Below are positions 28,164 to 36,600 of a stretch of 64,000 nucleotides of DNA, piece by piece (the first letter of the stretch is position 1; each line of letters starts with the position of its first letter). Position numbers and translations under genes: made by a program. The DNA is from Clostridia bacterium. Lineage in GTDB: Bacteria > Bacillota > Clostridia > Christensenellales > CAG-314. The stretch lies in contig CAAGHL010000060.1 of NCBI GenBank assembly GCA_900769665.1, forward strand, positions 264-64,263, read 5' to 3'. The notes beneath the pieces were generated by a model that made no database searches, was not told where the DNA came from, and was given only the letters and a program-made list of their open reading frames with translations.

Positions 28164-28887
28164 CTTGCCTGCGGTTGTCGCTGACCGAATTGCAAAACAG
28201 CGACTAAACGTAATATTGGTTGTGGATTGCTCAACAAGCATGCGCGGCGAACGTATTGCGCAAGTCAATGCGGCGATACACGACATAAAACGCTACCTAA
28301 GCAAACTGCAAGGGGACAACTCCAACGTCGACTTTTACATCACTGTCATCACCTACTCCACCGACGCGTTTTTCCTCAATCGGGACAAATGCAAGGCAGT
28401 GGATGAATTTGAGTTTTTCGACATCAAGGCAGGCGGTTGGAGCAATCTGCACATCGCCTACAAACGCCTTTCCGAAATCTTGCGTAAGGAATCCAAGGGC
28501 GGACAAATGCCCGACTACGGCGGCGTTGCGCCAATTGTGTTGCTGATGACCGACGGACACCCCACCAAGGACAACGTCGAAGACCAGTTGAAGGCGTTGA
28601 AAAAGTTGCCTTGGTTTAACGTAGCGTTGCGCTACGGCATTGCAATCGAGCTAAACGACAAACGGACAATGAAGTGCCTCACCGATTTTGTCGGCGGCAA
28701 CGGTGACGTGGTGGAGTGCTACGACGCTCGACTGCTGGAACGTATCATCAAGGTGATTGTGTTGACGGCTTCCAAGGTCAAGTCGAGTTCCGCAAGCGTG
28801 CGCGCCGAGGGTGTGCCCGACGTGACGGAAGAGGTCCGGCAGGAAGTGCGACAAGCTATTTCCGAAGTGGATGATTGGGAGTGGTGA
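28153..28887 (+). CDS. vWA-domain protein, TerY-like (copy 2)
   Basis: The TTG start lies 6 nt after GGAAGAGGTGA and overlaps the copy 1 stop by 11 nt. MIDAS motif VVDCSTSM with LMTDGHPT. The tail EVDDWEW parallels that of copy 1. Confidence 0.85.
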   Translation: MSGSLPAVVADRIAKQRLNVILVVDCSTSMRGERIAQVNAAIHDIKRYLSKLQGDNSNVDFYITVITYSTDAFFLNRDKCKAVDEFEFFDIKAGGWSNLHIAYKRLSEILRKESKGGQMPDYGGVAPIVLLMTDGHPTKDNVEDQLKALKKLPWFNVALRYGIAIELNDKRTMKCLTDFVGGNGDVVECYDARLLERIIKVIVLTASKVKSSSASVRAEGVPDVTEEVRQEVRQAISEVDDWEW

Positions 28888-28888
28888 C

Positions 28889-29728
28889 ATGCTGAGATTT
28901 TTTACAAAGACGGCAATAGGGTACAACCATTTGCAACATGGCAAGCCTTGCCAAGACTTCTCCGCAAGCTATCACGACGAGGAACGCACCATTGTTACGG
29001 CATGCGACGGACACGGTAGTGAGGTGCATGTGCGTAGCGCCCTCGGTAGTAAATTTGCGGCGGAAGCGGTGATAAATGTATTCAAAAAAGTAACACGTAT
29101 GCTGTTTTTCCGCACAAAAACGGAAGAAGCAAACAAAAAATTGCGGTTGGAAATCTTGTGCGAATGGAATGCGCTTGTGGAACGTCACCTTGCTGAACAT
29201 CCGTTAAGCAAGGCGGAGCTGTCAACGCTGGACGAAGACAAGGTGTTTCGCTTGAAGACCGACCCGACGGTGGCGTACGGCACCACGTTGCAAGGCGCAA
29301 TGTTTTTCGGCAACAAGGTGGTGTGTGTTTCCTTGGGTGACGGCGGCTGTTTTGTAGTAAAGCGCGGTATGCTGTATCCGCTGTTCGAGGATGTCGAGGA
29401 AGAGGAAAACGTGGCAAACGTCACTTGCTCTATGTGCCAATCGGACGCATACAAACACTTGCATGTCGCCGTGTTTGATGCAAAAAGCGTGCAAGGCGTA
29501 ATAGTACTAACCGACGGACTGATAAACCCCTACCGCAACTTGGGCAACTTTGCCGAAAAGTTTGTTGCGCCCACTGTGACCAATTTGCTTGACGGTAATG
29601 CGGGCGTGGTGAATGAATTTATTACTAGGTTGGGTGCGGAATTGGGCATTGGCGACGACGTGTCGTTAGGCATTATTTTGCGAGATAACCGCACTTCTGC
29701 AAGCCGAGTCAGGGAGAAGCAAACATGA
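28889..29728 (+). CDS. PP2C-family Ser/Thr phosphatase (TerY-P-type)
   Basis: GYNHLQHGKPCQDF, ACDGHGS and VLTDGL metal-binding motifs. The start is the ATG at 28889, after GGGAGTGG; the ORF track allows 28871. Confidence 0.85.
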   Translation: MLRFFTKTAIGYNHLQHGKPCQDFSASYHDEERTIVTACDGHGSEVHVRSALGSKFAAEAVINVFKKVTRMLFFRTKTEEANKKLRLEILCEWNALVERHLAEHPLSKAELSTLDEDKVFRLKTDPTVAYGTTLQGAMFFGNKVVCVSLGDGGCFVVKRGMLYPLFEDVEEEENVANVTCSMCQSDAYKHLHVAVFDAKSVQGVIVLTDGLINPYRNLGNFAEKFVAPTVTNLLDGNAGVVNEFITRLGAELGIGDDVSLGIILRDNRTSASRVREKQT

Positions 29729-30804
29729 AGTTTCGCGAAGCATTGAAGTATTGTTTCGACAATCGCACGACGGACGACGACATTGTTGCGCCGTTTAGGC
29801 TGTATTGCAAGTTGTGCGACATGACGGACAGCGGATATGCAAACGCCAAGAAATTGCGTAACTTTTTTGCCGTGGACAAGAGGGTTGCATTGGTGGAAAG
29901 TATGGTGAAGGAAGGGGTTGCAAGCGTTGAACCATTGACGGAAAAGTATGCTCTCGTAAAGGATTTCCTGTCGCAAAAAAGTTACTACGTATTGGTTTTC
30001 CTTGTGCAAAACACGCTGTTTCCGCATTGGGACAACGATGTCGCCGAACTGAAAAACAAGCTTGTTCCGCAAAAAAAGGTTGCAGACAAACCGACGGCAA
30101 ACAATGTGGCGAAAAAGCCGACTGTAACCCGTGCGCCTACATCGGGCGGTAGCCAAAGTGGCAAAGGCAATCCCAACGGCTCGGGCAGTGGCGGTGCGGC
30201 AACGACGACAAATCAATCGACAACGCAAAGTCAATATGCAACAAGCCAAAACGCAACCACGCAATCGACAACAAGTCAAACAACATCGACCCCGACGTAC
30301 CGTTCCTCAACAAGCGGTGTGTCGTACGGCAGTTACTACCATGACTTTGCGGAAACAAACTTCGACGACGTCATTTTGCCGTTTAGGTTTGTATTTGTCT
30401 TTTTGTTGGCGGCGGTTGCCGTGGCTACGGGCATATGCGCAATATTCTTTGCCCAATATGGTTGGACGTATTGGCAGTGGGTTGTCGGCGCGGCAATTGC
30501 CGTTGTGTTGCCGTACTTGTTTTTCGAGGGCGAAAACCTGATTAACAGCATGTACGCAACCTTCCCTTTGGCGTTGGCTGTGTATGCATTTTGCATTTGT
30601 GGCGTGGTGCTCAATCACGTGTTTCGCAACGACTTTGCCTTGGTTGCCCATTGGCTGTACGGCGCAATGTTTGCAACAAGTTTTGTGGTTGCATTTGTGT
30701 ATGTAGGCGACAAGAAAAGGCGTGCGCACACAAGAATGTATCTCGTGGCGCTGTTGGTAAGCGCGGTGTTGTTCGTTGCGGAGTTTTTCGTGGATTTTGC
30801 GTAA
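29725..30804 (+). CDS. Polytopic membrane protein: N-terminal soluble domain, S/T/Q/G-rich low-complexity linker, C-terminal 4-5 TM helices
   Basis: ATGA overlap with the PP2C stop. The linker is GGSQSGKGNPNGSGSGGAATTTNQSTTQSQYATSQNATTQSTTSQTTSTPTYRSSTSG, followed by hydrophobic helices. Confidence 0.75.
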   Translation: MKFREALKYCFDNRTTDDDIVAPFRLYCKLCDMTDSGYANAKKLRNFFAVDKRVALVESMVKEGVASVEPLTEKYALVKDFLSQKSYYVLVFLVQNTLFPHWDNDVAELKNKLVPQKKVADKPTANNVAKKPTVTRAPTSGGSQSGKGNPNGSGSGGAATTTNQSTTQSQYATSQNATTQSTTSQTTSTPTYRSSTSGVSYGSYYHDFAETNFDDVILPFRFVFVFLLAAVAVATGICAIFFAQYGWTYWQWVVGAAIAVVLPYLFFEGENLINSMYATFPLALAVYAFCICGVVLNHVFRNDFALVAHWLYGAMFATSFVVAFVYVGDKKRRAHTRMYLVALLVSAVLFVAEFFVDFA

Positions 30805-30903
30805 TTCTCGACCATTGAACAAACGATTCGGACGGCAATATTTGTCGCTTACGGCCGGAAAATTCTTTACAACCAAAAGAATAAAAACAGCACGTTAAAA
30901 CAT

Positions 30904-30941
30904 CAAAAAATGATACGTATGCAAAAATTAACTACATTTTT
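30904..30941 (+). promoter_or_regulatory. Recurrent bipartite motif, copy B, 23 nt upstream of the lemA RBS
   Basis: CAAAAAATGATACGTATGCAAAAATTAACTACATTTTT. Confidence 0.5.
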
Positions 30942-30963
30942 ACAAATCTACGGAGGATAAATC

Positions 30964-31470
30964 ATGGGATTTTGGGGTTGGACGTTGACAATCATCGGGG
31001 CAATTTTGGTTGTCGTGGTGTTTGTGGTGTTGCCGATCAAGTTTTGCAACACGGTACTTCGCAAAAAAGAAGAAATCGAAAAAGCAAAAAGCCGAGTGCG
31101 CATTGCCAAGGCTAAGTACTTGCAAGTTTTGCGCAAAATGGGCACAACGCAACAGGAAGCTTACGACGCTCACGGCGGCGCCTACAACAAGGCAAACAGT
31201 GGCAGAGCCGGTTATTTTATTAGCGGCGCAATAGGCAACATCGAAAGCGAGTTTGACAAAACGCAACAAGTGGTGTTGACCTTGGCGGACGACTACCAAG
31301 CGGCGCAACAATCGCTCAACGAGCTTGTCAACGACTACAACGTGTACATCACAACCTTTCCGCGCGTGATATTTGCCAAGCTGTTCCGCTACCAAAAGGA
31401 AAAGTACGTCGACTCCGCCAATTTGGACGCCAGTACCGAGCTTCGCGGCTTCGACGACAACGACATTTAG
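30964..31470 (+). CDS. lemA: LemA-family membrane protein
   Basis: N-terminal TM helix and a GGAGGA RBS. The size of about 170 aa and YNVYITTFPRVIFAKLF fit the LemA Y-N-x-I-x2-FP-x3-A motif. Confidence 0.75.
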   Translation: MGFWGWTLTIIGAILVVVVFVVLPIKFCNTVLRKKEEIEKAKSRVRIAKAKYLQVLRKMGTTQQEAYDAHGGAYNKANSGRAGYFISGAIGNIESEFDKTQQVVLTLADDYQAAQQSLNELVNDYNVYITTFPRVIFAKLFRYQKEKYVDSANLDASTELRGFDDNDI

Positions 31471-31574
31471 CCGACAACCGCGACACCCAATGCCACCTAA
31501 CGTGGACGCAACCAAACGTTGACGGGTAGGGCAGGTGGAGTAAAAATTAAAAGTTTATACTAAGGAGAAATGCT

Positions 31575-31901
31575 ATGAAACTAATTTGTGCGTTAATCAA
31601 ATGGGGCATCCGAGTTGCGTTCTTTTACTTCGTTATGATGCCGACGGCTTATGCCACCAAGTCCATCATTTTGTTGGTCGCCGAGCTTATTGCCAGTGGC
31701 ATATCGCTAAGCCGTTACGAGTCGGACGAAATCTTCCAAGTAATCACGGGTTGGGGTCCGTTCGGCGATTTCGGTCACTACGAGTACACGGATCACACAG
31801 GCAAAAGAGTTCTCGGTTGGCTGTTTTGGCTCGGCGCAATGGCTTGTCGCATATTCATGATTTACTGCATGGCTAATCCGCAAATCTTGTTGGCGGAGTA
31901 A
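31575..31901 (+). CDS. Small membrane protein (108 aa, 3 predicted TM)
   Basis: AAGGAGA RBS and hydrophobic segments. I recognise no family. Confidence 0.6.
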   Translation: MKLICALIKWGIRVAFFYFVMMPTAYATKSIILLVAELIASGISLSRYESDEIFQVITGWGPFGDFGHYEYTDHTGKRVLGWLFWLGAMACRIFMIYCMANPQILLAE

Positions 31902-32083
31902 ACCTCAACCGCCGCTTGTTACCATTGCTAACCGCGCGCTCACATCTTTATTCCTTCTCCCTCCCCCACCACGCAACGCAGTGCCAAAGCGCATTTGCAA
32001 CGCTTGTTATATCACATTCAACGCAAAACCAAGCCGTTACAGCCGCATTTTTGCTTAATTTGCGACAAATTTCGTCAAACCTA

Positions 32084-32113
32084 TTGACAATGGGGAGGGG
32101 CGTGTATTATAAT
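32084..32113 (+). promoter_or_regulatory. Sigma-A-type promoter upstream of the WYL regulator
   Basis: TTGACA (32084-32089), an 18-nt spacer, then TATAAT (32108-32113). It would give a 5' leader of about 185 nt. Confidence 0.45.
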
Positions 32114-32303
32114 ACACATACTTGGTTTTGTAGTCTATTGTATATATTATTAGCAAACCAATGTTGTTAGAGGGATTGAAAATGATTGTCTTGTATGGCA
32201 AACTAGATATGTAGTGTCGCGGGACGGGCAGTAGCCCGGCTCCGTTTTCGCATACCTTTTTGCTGTCGCAATCGTCGTGCGCATTGCGCTTTTGAGGAGA
32301 ATT

Positions 32304-33260
32304 ATGAACAAAACGGCAAATTGCCTAAAAATGTTGCAGTATCTCAACTCCGGCAGAGTGTACAAAATCAGCGAACTCGCCGAGCGGTTGGAAACAAACC
32401 CACGCAACATCATCGAATACCGCAACGAGTTGGAAAACGCCGGCTACGTCATCATCAGCATAGCAGGAAAGTACGGTGGCTACAAGTTGGACGAAACTTC
32501 CACGTTGCCCACGGTCAAGCTCACTGCGGATGAGAAGCTCGCCCTTGTAGAAGGTGCGGGCTATTTGGCTGCCCGAAACGACTTTTTGTACAAGGCGCAG
32601 TACGAGTCGGCAATGAGCAAGGTGTATTCGGCGGTCAACCACACGGACAATCGCGAGGTATTGCCCACGGTGATTACGCGCTTCCCCCTTGCCATGAGTG
32701 AGGAAGAAATCTCCCGTCGCTACAATGCGGTGCAACGATGTATTTACGGACGTCTGAAACTGAAAATCACCTACCTTTCCGCCAAAAACGAGCAATCGCA
32801 ACGCACAATCCACCCCTACAATTTGTATATGTACAACAATGCGTGGTTTGTCATTGCGTTTGACGAGTTGCGCGGCGAGGTAAAGTACTTCAAGCTAAAC
32901 CGCATAAAGGCGTTAGAAGTGCGTGACGGCGAGCGGTTTAGGCGGTTGCTTTCGTACAAGGCAAGCGACTACGTGGACCGCTTCGGCATGAAAAACAACG
33001 GCGAGTGGTACGAGTTTGAGCTGGAACTGACCGGCAAGTACGCAATGTTGGTGCAGGAGCGCATTTATGGGCGCGACCAAGTGGTGACACCGATCGATGC
33101 GGAGCGCACGCGACTGAAAGTGACCATGCAAAACAAAACCGACGTCGTGTCCTTCGTGATGGGCTTCGGCAAGTATTGCAAAGTGCTTGAACCGGAGTGG
33201 TTGAAAGAGGAAGTTGCCGAAAGTTGTAAACTGATTTTGGATGGACTGAATAGTGGGTGA
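32304..33260 (+). CDS. HTH-WYL transcriptional regulator (YafY/CapW/BrxR-like architecture)
   Basis: N-terminal wHTH (LKMLQYLNSGRVYKISELAERLETNPRNIIEYRNELENAGYVI). Central WYL-like block (IHPYNLYMYNNAWFVIAFDE). C-terminal WCX-like extension. GAGGAG RBS before 32304. Confidence 0.85.
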   Translation: MNKTANCLKMLQYLNSGRVYKISELAERLETNPRNIIEYRNELENAGYVIISIAGKYGGYKLDETSTLPTVKLTADEKLALVEGAGYLAARNDFLYKAQYESAMSKVYSAVNHTDNREVLPTVITRFPLAMSEEEISRRYNAVQRCIYGRLKLKITYLSAKNEQSQRTIHPYNLYMYNNAWFVIAFDELRGEVKYFKLNRIKALEVRDGERFRRLLSYKASDYVDRFGMKNNGEWYEFELELTGKYAMLVQERIYGRDQVVTPIDAERTRLKVTMQNKTDVVSFVMGFGKYCKVLEPEWLKEEVAESCKLILDGLNSG

Positions 33261-33301
33261 GAGGGAACAAGCAGGGAGATTGTTAGTGAATTTGTGATTT
33301 G

Positions 33302-33329
33302 TAAAAAAATCCCGACCGAAGTCGGGATT
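33302..33329 (-). terminator. Intrinsic terminator for the minus-strand small lipoprotein gene; it may also stop the WYL transcript
   Basis: ATCCCGAC-CGAA-GTCGGGAT hairpin. An A7 run on the + strand gives a U-tract on the - strand. Confidence 0.75.
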
Positions 33330-33332
33330 AGT

Positions 33333-33518
33333 TTAGGCGATGAGGTTGTACGAAGGAACAACAAATCCTTCAAAGTCGTCGTCGATTGTCGGCGGATTGG
33401 TGTCCGTTGGAGTTTTGTTGTCGTCTTTCTTGTCCGTATCTTCTCCACAAGCAGCCAAGCAAGTGAAGCAAGCTACTAAAAGAGCCAAAACCAACAAAAG
33501 ACAAATCAGCTTTTTCAT
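33333..33518 (-). CDS. Small secreted lipoprotein (61 aa)
   Basis: MKKLICLLLVLALLVACFTCLAAC lipobox followed by an acidic, proline-rich tail. It has its own terminator. Confidence 0.6.
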   Translation of the reverse strand: MKKLICLLLVLALLVACFTCLAACGEDTDKKDDNKTPTDTNPPTIDDDFEGFVVPSYNLIA

Positions 33519-33612
33519 AATGAATCTCCCTTGTGTTAATTTAGCTATGCTGAATTAGCTATACGTTTATTTTATCAATATTGTAGTCAATTGTCAAGTA
33601 GGAGAAAACAAA

Positions 33613-36600
33613 ATGACAAGAGAAAAAAGAACAAGAGTTATGGCTGTGGCTATCCTTGCCGTAGTAATGGTATGCAGTTGTATATTCGCGGCATTTGCAG
33701 ACGGCTTTGGTGGAAATACCGCAAATGCGCTGTCCATTACGCAAGAAGAAGCTTCGCAATCTTATGTGGACAGCTTGCGCTACGGATACAATGTTACGGC
33801 GGGTAAATCGATATACGAAATCGATGCTTTTCAAGATGCCGCACCTATATTGAAACCATTTAGCGAAGGTTTGTACAAGTATGTTAACAAGCGTGAGGTT
33901 AATACCAAGAGTGATGCAGGAAACTACGAGGCAAATAACGCTTTAAGCATTGCTAAACAGTACAGTAGAACATTGAGTGGTGGCATAGAAGCTAATGTAA
34001 GGGTAGTCCAAGCCGACCTTAATGCAACATTTGATTTGAGTAATAGATTTGCAAAGACGTATGATGAGTACTATGCGGTTTATTATCAAGAAATCACACG
34101 TAATACCTACGTGATAATGGAATCCGTAGATTTGCGTGATTACCTCACGGACGAATTCAAGTCCGACATGGCTAAGATTAAGACAGAAACAGATGCTTCC
34201 AATTTTATACAAAGATACGGAACTCATTTGTTTACAGGCTTAAAGTGGGGCGGTATGTTGCAAGTGTCCAACTACCAACAAACACAAAGTAGAACCGAAC
34301 GTATTTCTACTGACATTGCTTTGTCGGCTAAAATAGGTAATACAATTGCGGCAAACGGAAGTTTTAGTTTTGCCGAAAACGTGGAAGCGCAAGAAAACTC
34401 TAGTAACAAAACCAGTCGTTACAGATGTACCCTATACGGAGGAAAAGCTGTTACTTCCGCTACTGTAGACCAAGTGTTCAAATACAATTCTGGGGAACTT
34501 AGCGGAAAAGGAAACTATGTATACAAAGAATGGGTTGACTCTATCAATGAAAACCAAAATCTTGCAATAATCGGTAGACCAGACAATGCAAGGTATGTGC
34601 CCGTGTGGGATTTATTGCCGGACGGAACAGAGTATTTGGCGGCTAAAAGATGTTTGCGCAACGCCTATACTACTCTTTGTGGAGATCAATATGATGAGTT
34701 TTTGAAAAAGTATCCTACCACAAGCCGCGAAATAGGTGAATCCGGTGTTGAAACAGGCGTCGGAACAATTGACGGATACACAATGACATATGCCGGCAAT
34801 ACATCTTACAATCAATTGAGTAAAAGCGCGACAGAATGCTCTGTTTACCGCGGCTCGACAATATCAATGAATTGTACCACTGATACCATACCTGCCGGTA
34901 TGAAAAATTGGAAGGTGGAAGGCAATCCCGATTGGGTGGAAGTTGTTGACTCAGTATCGGGCATATTCCGCATAAAAGGTAATGCTATAGCCGGACGTAC
35001 ATTTAATTTACAATTGTACAGTGGTGATACATTAGCAAAAGACCTCGGTGAAATTTTTGTTGTAAAATCCGCTAGTTTCTCAGGCGGTGAAGGTACTGAA
35101 GAAAGCCCATATATATTGTCTACAAAAGAGGATTTGTTAACTTTGTCTGCGGACAGCAGTTTGTGGGAAAAATCTTATCGACTTTCAACGGATATTGATT
35201 TGGAAAACACAAGTTGGTCGCCGTTAGGTGTTAGTGACAACCTATTTGGCGGTACGTTTGACGGCAATCATTGTACAATTTCCAATGTCAAGATAAATTC
35301 ACCTCGAGATAAAGCTGTTGGATTGTTTGGGTACATCGACAAGAATGCAACGATAAAAGACTTGTTTGTCAACAACGTTACTATCGGATACGAAGATAAG
35401 CAAATGTTGGAGTCTGACGTATCTTATGCGGGCGGATTGGTTGGCAATAGCAAAGGTACATTGGAAAACTGCCTTGTGGACAACTTGTGTATAAATGCTC
35501 GTTGTGTAATCTCAAACTCGCAAAACAATCTTTCCGTGGGCGGCTTGGTAGGAACAGCAAGCGGTACTATCAAACAATGTGGAGTAAGAAATTGTGCCAT
35601 TATTTCCGGATATTTGATGGATGAATTGGTTGGCGACCCTAATGCAGATGCTAATAAAGTAAAGGATTCTATAAATGAATTTGGAAAAAATCCTAAAACA
35701 GCAATTGTGTATGTAGGTGGATTTATAGGCGAAGCATCAGATTGTAAAATTTCCAACTGCTATGTGAATAGCGTTGCAAAATTGTCTTCTCAAGCTGCTA
35801 CGTATACAACAACGGTAAGTGTTGGCGGCTTGTGTGGATATGTAGGAACGTCAACTAAAGTTGATACTTCAGTCGTTGGGGAGATTACTAAATTTCTTTC
35901 CTCTGTAGTTTCAAATAATTCAAGAAAATGTAAATCTTCTTTTGTGGGAGATAAAACAAATACACTCGAAAAAGATGCCGTACCTACTTTTAGTAAGTGT
36001 TATGCTCAAAAGGTCGATGGTATCGAATCCGGTGTTGACAGCGGATGTACCGTACTGGGAGAAATTACATGGTCGGCAGTTGTAAATGAAAATGGTTTGA
36101 GCAAAACCATTTGGTGTGCAGAAAAAGGAACTCAATTCCCGATTTTGATTAAACAAGAAATAGGGACTGAAGCCTTGAGCTATGACGTTTCAAAAGCAAA
36201 AACCGAATTTTATTATGGTGAAAGTTTTGATATCGCCGGCGTGTCGGTTAGCGGAACGTATCGTAGCAGTGGAGAAGAAATCCAACTTGATGTGTTCTCT
36301 TATGATAGTTCTGCTTACAATCCAATGCAGGAGGGTACATACAAAATCAAAATTTATGCAATGGGCAAAGAAACGGCGTATGAAGTCGTTGTACGCAAAA
36401 TTAAGGTTGTAAACATCAAAGTGGAAGCAATAGACCCGTCCAAGACGTACTATGTGGACGAAACAATTGACGTAAACGACTACAAAGTTAGTTACGTGTT
36501 GGAAGACGGATCGCTGCTCGACCCTACTGCCGAAAAATTGTCGTATGTGCAATATCCTACAGGTAAGATTGTAGCCGACAATACTCGTTATACATATGCG

